Made by a program: the position numbers and the translations under genes
The notes under the pieces: model-generated
What the model was told of the DNA's origin: nothing
Databases searched by the model: none
What the model saw: the letters and a program-made list of their open reading frames with translations, nothing else
NCBI GenBank assembly: GCA_963695605.1
Contig: CAVOHI010000013.1
Span: 9,598 to 73,597, forward strand
Origin: an uncultured Alphaproteobacteria bacterium
GTDB lineage: Bacteria; Pseudomonadota; Alphaproteobacteria; ATCC43930; CGMCC-115725
Length of the DNA: 64,000 bases
Direction of reading: 5' to 3'
Shown here: piece by piece, positions 11,100 through 20,679 of the stretch
Position numbering within the stretch: the first letter of the stretch is position 1
How the letters are laid out: every line of letters starts with the position of its first letter

Positions 11100-12138
11100 C
11101 CATCGGTTCGGCCAGGAGGCGAGCGAGTGCCTGCACGTTCTCCGGCGGTGTTTCCGGCAGCACCCCATGGCCGAGGTTGAAGATGTAGGGTCCGCGGCCG
11201 AGGATTCGGCGCAGTCCCAGCACCGCCTCTTCGAGAGCCGCACCACCGGCAATCAGCAGGACAGGATCGAGATTGCCCTGAACAGTCCCAAGCGGCTGCA
11301 GGGTTTGGCGCCCGTAGCGTGGCGGCACCGCCGTATCGATGCCGATCCCGTCCACGCCGGTCTCGCGAAGATAGCGCTCATGCAGCATGCCGGCGCCACG
11401 GGGAAAACCGATGACCGGATAATTGGGAAAACGACGTTTCAACCCTGCTACGATGCGTCCGGTCGGCTCGATCACCCAGCGCACGAAAGCCGGTTCGGGC
11501 AGGATTCCGGCCCAGCTGTCGAACAGCTGCACGACCTCCACGCCCGCCTCAATTTGGCCGGTCAGGTACTCGATCGTGGCTTCGGTAAGCAAATCGATCA
11601 GCGCGCCAAACGCCTGTGGGTCGCGATACGCCCAGCTCTTGACCCGGCGAAAATCCCGGCTTCCGCCGCCTTCGACCATGTAGGTCGCAACCGTCCAAGG
11701 CGCACCGGCAAAACCGATCAGCGTCGTGCGAGAATCCAGCGCGCCTCTGACCCGCCGAGCCGCTTCACACACCGGGTCTAGAGTAGAACCAACACGCTCG
11801 AGGTTGAGCCTTGCAACCCCAGCAGGGTCCTCGATGCGCTCCAGCACCGGCCCTTCCCCCTCGTGGTAGGCTAGCTTTTGCCCGAGAGCGTGGGGCAGCA
11901 TCAGAATGTCCGAGAAAAGGATGGCGCCATCCATGCCATATCGGCGGATCGGCTGCAGCGTCAACTCGGCGGCGAGCAACGGGGTTAGACACAGCTCGAC
12001 AAAATCGGCGGCCTTGGCGCGAACCTCTCGGTACTCGGGCAAGTAGCGTCCTGCCTGCCGCATCAGCCACCATGGTGGTGACGAAAGCGCTTCGCCTGCC
12101 AGCGCGCGCAACAGAGGTTTTGCTGGCCCAGTTTGCAT
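11092..12138 (-). CDS. hemE: Uroporphyrinogen decarboxylase
   Basis: 348 aa with PPWWLMRQAGRYLPEYREVRAKA...ILFSDILMLP, the canonical HemE pattern. Confidence 0.95.
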   Translation of the reverse strand: MQTGPAKPLLRALAGEALSSPPWWLMRQAGRYLPEYREVRAKAADFVELCLTPLLAAELTLQPIRRYGMDGAILFSDILMLPHALGQKLAYHEGEGPVLERIEDPAGVARLNLERVGSTLDPVCEAARRVRGALDSRTTLIGFAGAPWTVATYMVEGGGSRDFRRVKSWAYRDPQAFGALIDLLTEATIEYLTGQIEAGVEVVQLFDSWAGILPEPAFVRWVIEPTGRIVAGLKRRFPNYPVIGFPRGAGMLHERYLRETGVDGIGIDTAVPPRYGRQTLQPLGTVQGNLDPVLLIAGGAALEEAVLGLRRILGRGPYIFNLGHGVLPETPPENVQALARLLAEPMDA

Positions 12139-12542
12139 CGATGCGCCGCCCTCCTTCCCTTATAAATCAGGTATAGGTAAAAATAGTGGTAGATTTAGAT
12201 CCGTGTGGATATCGGGGATTAAAAGTTATCCTCGGAACCCTAATCGGGCTGCGACCACTCGAACGCCGACCGATAGGGATGTGTATAAGATTGTGGCCTT
12301 TCTTTGCGCCGACGCAAAAGCTCGGGCTGTGATTGGATAGAGAGTCGGGGATGAACGCCATAACAAATCTGCCCTATGCCCGATTTACCCAGGGTGGGAA
12401 AAGTCGACCGCCCCATGGCACAATAGATGGGTGCGCGGAGGCAACCCGTGGAAAAACCCGAAGATGGCGCCTGCTCAACTGAATTTTCCCACATTAGGCT
12501 CAACTTACTCACATCCGCTTCGGATAATTCGGCGAGGTTGCC
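12139..12542. other. Predicted chromosomal replication origin (oriC)
   Basis: A 404-bp non-coding gap that is clearly AT-richer than its surroundings (e.g. tataaatcaggtataggtaaaaatagtggtagatttagat). It lies between hemE and the DUF299 gene, the conserved alphaproteobacterial origin position. DnaA-box-like 9-mers versus TGTGGATAA/TTATCCACA: TGTGGATAT 12204-12212 (8/9), TGTGTATAA 12280-12288 (8/9), TTATCCTCG 12226-12234, CGTGGAAAA 12447-12455, TTTCCCACA 12485-12493, TTCGGATAA 12519-12527 (7/9 each). Confidence 0.6.
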
Positions 12543-13361
12543 GTGACCCGCTTTCATCTTCACCTAGTTTCCGATTCCACCGGAGAAACAGTGCATTCGG
12601 TGGCCCGGGCTTGCCTCGTGCAGTTCGACGACGCTCAGGCCGTCGAGCATGTCTGGAGCATGGTGCGAACCCGCGCCCAGATCGACCGGGTGATAGCCGG
12701 GGTCGAAGCCAATCCCGGGGTCGTTCTGTTCACGATGGTCAACGACACGCTTCGCCAATTGCTGCAGGAGGGCTGCCGCCGGTTGCAGGTGCCGGCCATC
12801 CCGGTTCTCGATCCGGTCATTGGCGCGCTGGCTTCCTACCTTCATCGGAAGAGTCGTGGAGTTCCGGGCAAACAACATCTGCTCGACAGCGAGTATTTCG
12901 CGCGCATTGACGCGATTACCTTTGCCCTCAATCACGATGACGGACAATCGAGTTGGGGTCTCAACGACGCCGATGTCTGTCTCATCGGTGTGTCTCGTAC
13001 CTCGAAGACGCCGACTTGTCTTTATCTCGCGAACCGGGGCATCAAGGCAGCCAATGTGCCCTGTGTACCGAGAGTGCCGTTGCCGCCGGAGCTGACCGAA
13101 GCCGAGCACCCGTTGATCGTCGGACTGACAAACGATCCCGAGCGACTGATCCAGCTGCGCCGGAACCGGCTAGACCTGCTGCATCATGACGGCGCGACCG
13201 AGTATACGGATCTTGAGGCAGTCCGAGCCGAGGTGCGTGAAGCGCGGCGGATCTTCGCTCAAATGCATTGGCCGGTGATCGATGTGACACGCCGCTCGAT
13301 CGAGGAGACGGCGGCGTCGGTCATGAAGTTGTTGGCCCGCCGTCACGGCATGAATGACTGA
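12543..13361 (+). CDS. Pyruvate,phosphate dikinase/PEP synthase regulatory kinase-pyrophosphorylase (DUF299)
   Basis: 272 aa with FHLHLVSDSTGETV and the P-loop GVSRTSKTPT. GTG start. Confidence 0.9.
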   Translation: MTRFHLHLVSDSTGETVHSVARACLVQFDDAQAVEHVWSMVRTRAQIDRVIAGVEANPGVVLFTMVNDTLRQLLQEGCRRLQVPAIPVLDPVIGALASYLHRKSRGVPGKQHLLDSEYFARIDAITFALNHDDGQSSWGLNDADVCLIGVSRTSKTPTCLYLANRGIKAANVPCVPRVPLPPELTEAEHPLIVGLTNDPERLIQLRRNRLDLLHHDGATEYTDLEAVRAEVREARRIFAQMHWPVIDVTRRSIEETAASVMKLLARRHGMND

Positions 13362-13953
13362 GGGTTTGGTGCTCGCATCTGTGAGTACGATACGGGCGCA
13401 GCTGCTCGCCGCTGCCGGCGTCTATTTTCGGATCGAACCGGCCGAGCTTGACGAAGGTCTCCTTAAACAAGCCTGCCGGGCAGAGGGGCGGGATGCGGCC
13501 GATTGCGCGCTTGCTCTTGCCGAGATCAAGGCGCGCCAGGTTGCGGCGCGCTTTGGTCGAGCCCTCGTCATCGGCGCCGATCAACTTCTGGTCTGCGGCG
13601 AGATTTGGTTCGACAAGCCCGCGGATCTCGGACAGGCCCGCACCCAACTTCGGGCCCTGCGCGGGCGAACCCACGAGCTTGTCACGGCAGTTTGCGCCGT
13701 TCAGGACGGATCGCGATTATGGCATGCCGTGAGCCGCCCGCGTTTGACTATGCGACATTTCAACGACGCCTTCCTCGATGACTATATTGCCGCTGAGAAA
13801 GCCGACATTCTCGGATCCGTCGGCGCCTATCGGCTGGAGGGCAGAGGGGTACAGCTATTTGAATATATCGAAGGAGATTATTTCGCCATCCTTGGGCTGC
13901 CACTTCTGGAGCTTCTCGGTTTTCTGCGAACTACGGGCATCATCCTATCGTAG
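13354..13953 (+). CDS. maf: Maf-like nucleoside-triphosphate pyrophosphatase
   Basis: 199 aa with LVLASVSTIRAQLLAAAG...GADQLLVC...GAYRLEGRGVQLFEYIEGDYFAILGLPL. Confidence 0.9.
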   Translation: MTEGLVLASVSTIRAQLLAAAGVYFRIEPAELDEGLLKQACRAEGRDAADCALALAEIKARQVAARFGRALVIGADQLLVCGEIWFDKPADLGQARTQLRALRGRTHELVTAVCAVQDGSRLWHAVSRPRLTMRHFNDAFLDDYIAAEKADILGSVGAYRLEGRGVQLFEYIEGDYFAILGLPLLELLGFLRTTGIILS

Positions 13954-13994
13954 GCCGGAACCACTTTGGTGAGGAGCACTTTGAGGGTGAGGCA

Positions 13995-14858
13995 TTGCCG
14001 ATGAAAATCGCCGGGACAACCCGGCTGGCGGGGATCATGGGCTGGCCCGTCGCCCATTCCCGATCACCGGTGCTGCATGGCTTCTGGCTGGATGAGACCG
14101 GGACCGATGGCGCCTATGTCCCGTTGCCGGTGAGGCCGGAGCACATCGAGCAGGCTCTGCGCGCGCTGCCGCTCCTAGGCTTTCGTGGCTGCAATCTGAC
14201 GATACCGCACAAACAGACGGCGCTGCACATCGCCGACCGGGTCGAACCATTGGCGCGTCGCATTGGTGCGGTGAACACGATTATCGTCGCGCCTGACGGC
14301 ACTCTCGAAGCGCGCAATACCGACGTCTTCGGGTTTCGTGAGAACCTCCGGGAAGCGGTGCCGGATTGGCGGCCTGCGGAGGGTCCGGCTATGATCCTCG
14401 GCGCGGGCGGATCGGCGCGGGCGGTGGTAGCGGCGTTGACCGATGCCGGGGTCACCGAGATCCGGATCGTCAACCGCACGCTCTCGCGCGCCGAGATCGT
14501 GGCGCGTGATCTCGAGACATCGGGGACACAGATTACCGTCCACCCCTGGAGCGAGGCGAGGAATGTCCAGCGGCATGCCGGGCTGCTCGTCAACACGACG
14601 AGCCTCGGCATGATCGGTGAGCCACCTCTTGCTCTTGATCTGTTGCTGCCGCCGACGGCCCCGGTCGTCGATATCGTATACGTGCCGCTCGAAACGGATC
14701 TGCTGACCGCCGCTCGTCGGCGGGGAAACCCCGTTGTCAATGGCCTTGGCATGTTGCTGCATCAGGGCCGACCCGGATTCGAAGCTTGGTTCGGTGCACC
14801 GGTGCGAGTGACGTCGGAGCTGCGCGCGACGATCATCGCGACCCTGGCGTCGCCTTGA
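13995..14858 (+). CDS. aroE: Shikimate dehydrogenase
   Basis: 287 aa with WPVAHSRSPVLHGFW...GCNLTIPHKQ...NTDVFGF...GAGGSARAV. An alternative ATG lies at 14001. Confidence 0.9.
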   Translation: MPMKIAGTTRLAGIMGWPVAHSRSPVLHGFWLDETGTDGAYVPLPVRPEHIEQALRALPLLGFRGCNLTIPHKQTALHIADRVEPLARRIGAVNTIIVAPDGTLEARNTDVFGFRENLREAVPDWRPAEGPAMILGAGGSARAVVAALTDAGVTEIRIVNRTLSRAEIVARDLETSGTQITVHPWSEARNVQRHAGLLVNTTSLGMIGEPPLALDLLLPPTAPVVDIVYVPLETDLLTAARRRGNPVVNGLGMLLHQGRPGFEAWFGAPVRVTSELRATIIATLASP

Positions 14859-15457
14859 TTGTTCTCGGCCTTACCGGCTCGATCGGCATGGGCAAGAGCA
14901 CCGCCGCGGCGATGCTGCGGCGCCTCGGAGTGCCGCTGTTTGATGCAGATCTGGCGGTTCATCGACTGCTGGCGCCGTCCGGGGCCGCCGTTCCGGCCGT
15001 TTCCGCTGCGTTTCCTGATGTCGAAACAGAGGTCGGCGGGATTGATCGAGTGTTGCTCGGGCAACGGGTGTTCACTGATCCCATGGCGTTGAGGCGGCTT
15101 GAAAAAATTCTTCACCCGATGGTGGCCGCCGAGGAAAAACGGTTTCTTGCTCGCTTACGTGCCCGGCGAGAACCGCTGGCTGTGCTCGACATACCCCTGC
15201 TGTTTGAGACCGGCGCCGAGCGCCGGTGCGATTATGTGCTCGTCGTTTCGGCACCAGCCCTCGTGCAGCGGCAGCGTGTTATGCGGCGGCCGGGGATGAC
15301 CGAGATTCGCCTAGCCGCCATCCTGCGAAAACAGATGCCGGATCATCGGAAGCGGCAACGCGCGGATTTCGTGGTGCCGACCGGGGCAGGCCGTGGCCAG
15401 ACCTTGCGCCGTTTGAAGTCGATCGTCAGACTCCTCCGCAACAGGGGGAGACGGTAA
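14855..15457 (+). CDS. coaE: Dephospho-CoA kinase
   Basis: (M)IVLGLTGSIGMGKSTAAAMLRRLGVPLFDADLAVHRLL. The TTG start overlaps the aroE TGA (TTGA). Track ORF 14786.. extends upstream into aroE. Confidence 0.87.
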   Translation: MIVLGLTGSIGMGKSTAAAMLRRLGVPLFDADLAVHRLLAPSGAAVPAVSAAFPDVETEVGGIDRVLLGQRVFTDPMALRRLEKILHPMVAAEEKRFLARLRARREPLAVLDIPLLFETGAERRCDYVLVVSAPALVQRQRVMRRPGMTEIRLAAILRKQMPDHRKRQRADFVVPTGAGRGQTLRRLKSIVRLLRNRGRR

Positions 15458-16123
15458 TTGCGCGAAATCGTGCTCGACACCGAAACAACCGGTCTGGATC
15501 CGGCCGAAGGCCATCGCATCGTCGAGGTCGCCTGCATCGAGCTAGTCCACCACGTCCCGACCGGCCGCAAATTTCACCGTTACGTCAATCCGGAACGCGA
15601 CATGCCCGAAGAGGCTCTCGCGGTGCATGGGATTACCGCAGAGTTTCTAACGAAACAGGCGCCCTTTGCCGCGATCGCGGACGAGTTGCTGGCGTTTATT
15701 GGCTCGGACCGGCTGGTGATCCACAACTCCGAGTTCGACCTCTCGTTTCTGAATGCCGAACTGGCGCGCCTGCATCGAGATCCGATCAGCGGCGCCTTTG
15801 TCGACACTCTGGGGCTGGCGCGGGTGCGGTTTCCCGGAGCTCCGGCAAGCCTCGACGCGCTCTGCCGGCGTTTTGAGATCGACCTGTCGGACCGTGTCGA
15901 GCATGGGGCCGAGATCGATTGCAGATTGCTCGCTGCGGTCTATCTCGAACTGCTCGGTGGCCGGCAACCCGGTCTCGATTTCGCAACGCCCGCCGATGAG
16001 GTGGCCATAGCCGAGAGAGTCATGCGGCCGCCGCGCCCGCATTCGCCCTCGGCAGAGGAAGTGATCGCTCACCAGGCGATGCTGCGAATGATGACCGAGC
16101 CGATCTGGCTCGTGGAGGGGTGA
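15458..16123 (+). CDS. dnaQ: DNA polymerase III epsilon subunit (3'-5' exonuclease)
   Basis: REIVLDTETTGLDP...VIHNSEFDLSFL...HGAEIDCRLLAAVYLEL (Exo I-III motifs). Confidence 0.92.
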   Translation: MREIVLDTETTGLDPAEGHRIVEVACIELVHHVPTGRKFHRYVNPERDMPEEALAVHGITAEFLTKQAPFAAIADELLAFIGSDRLVIHNSEFDLSFLNAELARLHRDPISGAFVDTLGLARVRFPGAPASLDALCRRFEIDLSDRVEHGAEIDCRLLAAVYLELLGGRQPGLDFATPADEVAIAERVMRPPRPHSPSAEEVIAHQAMLRMMTEPIWLVEG

Positions 16124-16126
16124 GCC

Positions 16127-16636
16127 TCACACCACCGGGTTGCCGGGCGGAGCAGCGATTTGGGCGTCGGTCTGCTGGCGGCGCAACAGCTCGGCAAAGT
16201 CGATCGGATTGATCATCAGAGGTGGAAAACCGCCGTCACGGGTCGCATTCGCGATGATCGCGCGGGCAAATGGAAAGACGATCCTCGGTGTCTCGACCAG
16301 AACGAGCGGAGCCAGCATCTCCTGCGGCGCGTTCTTGACAGTTACGACTGTCCCGTAAGCGAGCTCGACGAGGAAGACCGGTTCGTTCTGAATGCGGGCA
16401 GTTGCGTTGATCGTCAGGACGACTTCGAAAACTTCCGGTCCCAGATTCTGTGCTTTGACATCAACGTTGATGTCGACCGAGGGCTGCGTCGTTTGCTGGA
16501 TCAGGCTCTGCGGCGCCCGCGGATTTTCGAACGACAAATCCTTAATGTATTGCGCGTTGACGATCAGCTGCTGCAGTCCGTCAGGCATTGCCGGCGGCAT
16601 GTCGCCTTGGCCGTTACCTCTCGCCTCTCCCGCCAT
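16127..16636 (-). CDS. secB: Protein-export chaperone SecB
   Basis: 169 aa with YIKDLSFENPRAPQSL...VETPRIVFPFARAIIANATRDGGFPPLMINPIDF. Confidence 0.93.
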   Translation of the reverse strand: MAGEARGNGQGDMPPAMPDGLQQLIVNAQYIKDLSFENPRAPQSLIQQTTQPSVDINVDVKAQNLGPEVFEVVLTINATARIQNEPVFLVELAYGTVVTVKNAPQEMLAPLVLVETPRIVFPFARAIIANATRDGGFPPLMINPIDFAELLRRQQTDAQIAAPPGNPVV

Positions 16637-16710
16637 TTACCGCCTCCCCAGGACCGCAGACCGCTGCCCTAACACGGATCGGGAAGGCGCATCAACGGTC
16701 GGCCCCGGCC

Positions 16711-17362
16711 CTAGCCTGCGTCGGGCACAAAAAGCAGGTCGGGCTCCTGGTCGGGTCGGGTCGGATCGACCCGCAGGACGGCACCGTTCGGCACCTTCAG
16801 CCCGGTCAGCGCGCGGATAAAGCCCCAATGAGTGACCACTCTGATTTGCAACCATGGCTCACCGGCGATCCGTCGACGGAAGCTCTGAGATCGTTCCCAG
16901 ACCATCCCCTCGCTTTCCTCCGTTTTGGGACGACCACGGATCCTGAAGAGGATCGAACGCCAGATCCGGCCAGCAGGTATGAAGCTCGGCTAAGGGCGCA
17001 CCGATGGCGCAAATGAACGAGAAGCGTTCGGCAATCAACGGCTCCACCGTGATCGGAAGGTCAAGATGTTCGGCAATGATCCCGGCGGTTTCGAGTGCGC
17101 GCGCGTAAGGACTCGTGATGAGCCGGCTGAGATTGAAAGACGGGAGAACCTGGGCTACGGCTCGTGCTTGGGGGCGGCCCTGATCGGTTAAATGCGGATC
17201 GCGGACGCCGGGGTCCTGGCGGGTGACGGAGAAGATCCGGTTGAATTCGGTTTGCCCATGGCGGATCAAAATCACTCGGGTTTTCCTCAATTTCGGAGGG
17301 AGCCGAGAAAACCCCGAGTTCTTCCGGTCGGAAGCGGCAGCGCGGATGGTGAAGCCGCGCAT
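16711..17362 (-). pseudogene. Histidine phosphatase (phosphoglycerate-mutase-like) family protein, one +1 frame disruption
   Basis: RVILIRHGQTEFN...TSPYARALETA in one frame. The C-terminus EESEGMVWERSQSFRRRIAGEPWLQIRVVTHWGFIRALTG is in the next frame. The shift is near 16923-16930 (CCCAAAA). Start is uncertain: ATG at 17362 or TTG at 17300. Confidence 0.65.
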
Positions 17363-17471
17363 CCTCGCACCAACGCGCTTGCCGTGGTGCCACCCGCGCC
17401 CCATGTAGTCGACATCCAGCCGAGGCCCGGAGCCCGGTATTTTCTCTACGGCGGCAGGGCGCGGAAGGGAG

Positions 17472-18134
17472 ATGGGCGACTTTCAGCAATACTTCGATAT
17501 TATCCTGTTCGCTATGGTTGCAGGTTTTTTGGTGCTGCGCCTGCGCAGCGTGCTTGGGCGGCGGACCGGAAATGAGCGGCGGCGCGAACTCTTTGTGCGG
17601 CGTACGCGACCGGCGCCGGAGAAGGGCCCGGCTCTGATCGAACCCACCCCGGGCGCGGTTGCAACGGCGGCCCCGCCGGCCGATGCGGTCGCGCAAGGAT
17701 TGAACCAGATCCATCGCGCCGATCCGAGCTTCGACCCGTCTCAATTTCTCGAAGGCGCGCGCACCGCATTCGAGATGATCGTCACTGCGTTTGCGAACGC
17801 CGACAAGGCGGGGTTGCGGCCGTTGCTGAGCGACGAGGTTTTCCAGCAATTTGTCACTGCGATCGACGAGCGTATCGCGGCCAAGGAGACGCTGGAGACG
17901 CGAATTCTGCGTTTGGACAGCTCGGATATCGTCGAAGCCGAACTGTTGGGGCGCAACGCGCAGGTGACGGTTAAGCTGACCTCGCAGCAAATCAACGTGA
18001 CGCGCGCGATGGACGGGAGCATCGTCGACGGCGACCCGGAGCACCCGACCGAGAAGACCGATTACTGGACCTTTGCGCGCGATACCCGATCGGCCGATCC
18101 AAACTGGGTTCTCGTCGCGACGAGCAGCGGCTGA
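17472..18134 (+). CDS. Tim44-like domain protein
   Basis: 220 aa. It has an N-terminal TM helix and then a Tim44-type C-terminal domain (FDPSQFLEGARTAFEMIVTAFANADKAGLRPLLSDEVFQQF...YWTFARD). It lies in the conserved position next to secB. Confidence 0.85.
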   Translation: MGDFQQYFDIILFAMVAGFLVLRLRSVLGRRTGNERRRELFVRRTRPAPEKGPALIEPTPGAVATAAPPADAVAQGLNQIHRADPSFDPSQFLEGARTAFEMIVTAFANADKAGLRPLLSDEVFQQFVTAIDERIAAKETLETRILRLDSSDIVEAELLGRNAQVTVKLTSQQINVTRAMDGSIVDGDPEHPTEKTDYWTFARDTRSADPNWVLVATSSG

Positions 18135-18163
18135 GCATCAGCCGCGGACCAGCCGCGCCGGCC

Positions 18164-19280
18164 GTGCCGCGGCGGCCGTACTCCTCGGTATCTTGGCGAT
18201 TGCCCTTGAGCATGACAGCGGTCCGAAGCGATTTAGCCTCGAGCCGGTTGGGTTTCGACCGTCTATCCGGTTGGACGCAGGATCACATCTCGGCGGCGGT
18301 CCCGGTTTTCCTGAAATCCTGTGCTCGGTTCTTGACCCGGGCAGATGTGGCTCCGCTCGATGCAGTTGCCATGAGCGTTGATTTCGGGCGGGTCGGAGAC
18401 TGGCGGCCATTGTGTGAGGCGGCGCAGGCATTGCCGTCCGGGGACGATGCGGCGGCCCGGGAATTTTTCGAGACGGGTTTTATCCCGTTTGCCGTAGCGG
18501 ACTACGGCAATCGCGGAAGGACTGTTCACCGGATATTACGAGATCGAGCTCAACGGCTCGCGGCAACGACATGGCCGCTATCAGACCCCACTTTACCGCA
18601 AGCCCCCAGATCTCGGCCCTGAGCTGCCGACGCGCGCCGAGATCGAGGACGGGACGCTTGCCGGGCGCGGGCTGGAACTCCTCTGGGTCGACGATCCGAT
18701 CGACGCATTCTTTCTGCAGATCCAGGGGTCGGGGCGCGTCCGGCTGAACGGGGGCGGCACGGTCCGGGTCGGCTACGACGGGCAGAACGGCCGTCCCTAC
18801 GTGCCGGTCGGACGACTGCTGATCGAACGCGGCGTGATCCCGCGAGACAAGCTGACGATGGCGGCGATCAGGTCGTGGATGAAGCAGAATCCGGAGGCTG
18901 GAGCCGCCCTGCGGCGCGAGAACCCCTCGTATGTTTTCTTTCGGGAAGTCAAGGGCGATGGACCAATCGGGGCCGAAGGGGCCGCGTTGAGCGCAGAGCG
19001 GAGCATGGCGGTCGATCGCGCGTTCGTGGCGCTCGGCATCCCGGTCTGGCTCGAAGCGGATGAGCGGTTCGCCGCGGCGGACAGTGTGCGTCGTCTGATG
19101 GTCGCGCAGGATACCGGGGGTGCGATCAAGGGCCCCGTGCGCGGCGATGTCTTCTGGGGTACCGGAGAGGCGGCGGGCAACCGTGCCGGGGTCATGAATG
19201 CCAGCGGCAGATATTACCTGTTGCTGCCGCGCGCAGTTGCACGCCGTCTTGCTCCCGGCCGGGTGGCGCGGCCGGATTGA
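18164..19280 (+). pseudogene. mltA: Murein transglycosylase A, at least one and probably two +1 frame disruptions
   Basis: FDRLSGWTQDHISAAVPVFLKSCARF...FETGFIPFAVADYGNR continues after about 18513-18516 as EGLFTGYYEIELNGSRQRHGRYQTPLYRKPPDL...FFLQIQGSGRVRL...AQDTGGAIKGPVRGDVFWGTGEAAG. A signal-peptide-like stretch (AAAAVLLGILAIAL...FSLEPVGF) sits in a third frame upstream of the GGG run at 18250-18252. The true start is unresolved. Confidence 0.8.
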
Positions 19281-19349
19281 TTTGCCGGCGGGATCAAGCC
19301 TAACTTTCGGTACGCTTGCTTTGAGCCGATGACGGCGGGCCCGAGTTGA

Positions 19350-20102
19350 ATGCGTGTAGCGCTGTTCGTCACCTGTCTGGTCGATTTGTTCCGCCCGACA
19401 GTGGGCTTTGCGGCCGTCAAACTGCTCGAAGACGCGGGGTGCACGGTTGAGGTGCCGCGTCGACAGACCTGTTGCGGCCAGCCCGCTTACAACTCCGGTG
19501 ACCGGGCCGATGCCAAGGCAATTGCCTTGCAGGTGTTCGATGCCTTTGCCGGCTACGACTATGTCGTCGCCCCTTCGGGGTCTTGTGCCGGGATGCTGCG
19601 GGTACACTACCCCGAGCTCTTCGCCGACGATTCCGAGAACCTCCCACGCGCGCAAGAACTCGCCGAGCGGAGTTGGGAACTCGTGTCCTTCCTCGTCGAT
19701 GTTTGCGGGATGCAGGCGGTCGCCGCGAACTGGCAGCGTCGAGTCACCTACCATGACGCCTGCTCAGGCCTGCGCGAACTCGGGGTCAAGCTGCAGCCGC
19801 GCCAGCTTCTCGCGTCCGTTAGCGGTTTGAGGCTCGCGGAATTGCCGGGGGCGGAAGTGTGCTGCGGATTTGGCGGCACCTTCTGCGTCAAATACCCGGA
19901 AATTTCCGACAAGATGGTGACCGACAAGGCGGCCGACATCGCCGGGACCGGTGCCGAAGCGGTTTTGTCGGGTGATATGGGCTGTCTGCTCAACATCGCG
20001 GGCAAGCTATACCGGCAAGGCCGGCTGGTCGAAGTACGTCATGTCGCCGAGGTTCTCGCCGGCATGAGCGACAGAGTTCCGCCGATCGGCGCGCCGCGGT
20101 AG
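19350..20102 (+). CDS. lutA: Lactate utilisation protein A (CCG-domain Fe-S oxidoreductase)
   Basis: 250 aa with VALFVTCLVDLFRPTVGFAAVKLLEDAGCTVEVPRRQTCCGQPAYNSG...EVCCGFGGTF. Confidence 0.85.
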   Translation: MRVALFVTCLVDLFRPTVGFAAVKLLEDAGCTVEVPRRQTCCGQPAYNSGDRADAKAIALQVFDAFAGYDYVVAPSGSCAGMLRVHYPELFADDSENLPRAQELAERSWELVSFLVDVCGMQAVAANWQRRVTYHDACSGLRELGVKLQPRQLLASVSGLRLAELPGAEVCCGFGGTFCVKYPEISDKMVTDKAADIAGTGAEAVLSGDMGCLLNIAGKLYRQGRLVEVRHVAEVLAGMSDRVPPIGAPR

Positions 20103-20107
20103 CTCGG

Positions 20108-20160
20108 ATGCCCTCAAACCAGCCGCAACTTCGAGGCCGCGGCCCGCGCCGGCCTCGCTC
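20108..20160 (+). pseudogene. Orphan 5' fragment of a lutB-like gene
   Basis: Nucleotide similarity to the real lutB start at 20680. Removing one C gives MPQTSRNFEAAARAGLA, compared with MLATSRHFEAAAQAGLA. Similarity ends at about 20160. Confidence 0.6.
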
Positions 20161-20445
20161 TCCCCGCGGGTTGAAGCTGCTACGAGACCGATGGTAAGCA
20201 CTTGCGGCGAAATACGTCCTGCGAATTGACCGGAGTTGGGCGGACCTTGACGCGAACATAGGATGAACAGATATGCCAGCCTGTTCGACCAGGAGCCCCG
20301 CCGATGCCTCAGATCGTTGCCGGTCCGCCTTCGCCACCCTGTTATCTCCTGATTTCGAGACCCGGAATTAAGGAATATCAATAGTTTGCTCCTGATCCAT
20401 TCTTGGCTTGCGCACAGCCGTAATCTCCAGGGCTTTTACGAAGAG

Positions 20446-20674
20446 CGGAGCGCTTGTTGCAGGTAGCTGCGTCAAACACCTGGAAATTTCCGACGAGATG
20501 GTGACCGATATTGCCGCGACTGGCGCCGAAGCGGTATTGGCCGGAGATCTCGGCTGTCTGCTCAAGATGGCGGGGAAACTCTACCGCCAAGCCCGGCAGG
20601 TCGAAGTACGCCACGTCGCCGAGGTTCTCGCCGGCATGGCCGACAGAGTCCCCGCTATCGGCGCGCCACGGTAG
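20446..20674 (+). pseudogene. Orphan 3' fragment of a second lutA-like gene
   Basis: CVKHLEISDEMVTD----IAATGAEAVLAGDLGCLLKMAGKLYRQARQVEVRHVAEVLAGMADRVPAIGAPR versus the lutA C-terminus CVKYPEISDKMVTDKAADIAGTGAEAVLSGDMGCLLNIAGKLYRQGRLVEVRHVAEVLAGMSDRVPPIGAPR. Identity is roughly 85% at nucleotide level by hand alignment, with a 12-nt in-frame gap. Upstream homology decays with frame breaks. Confidence 0.7.
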
Positions 20675-20679
20675 CGCCC

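Noticed and set aside
12139-12542. CtrA boxes (TTAA-N7-TTAA) and clustered GANTC methylation sites in the putative origin
   Set aside because: I found only a single TTAA half-site (12219-12222) and one GAGTC (12342-12346). No full CtrA box is present, so I make no claim of CtrA or CcrM control.
20161-20445. Mobile element, prophage remnant or tRNA-type attachment site in the lut spacer
   Set aside because: No transposase, integrase, terminal inverted repeats or tRNA-like sequence could be recognised. Only the flanking diverged duplication is supportable.
20408-20674. 88-aa ORF as an independent small gene
   Set aside because: Its C-terminal 68 residues are a diverged copy of the lutA C-terminus and its N-terminus has no start context. 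I interpret it as a gene fragment (see the duplication finding).
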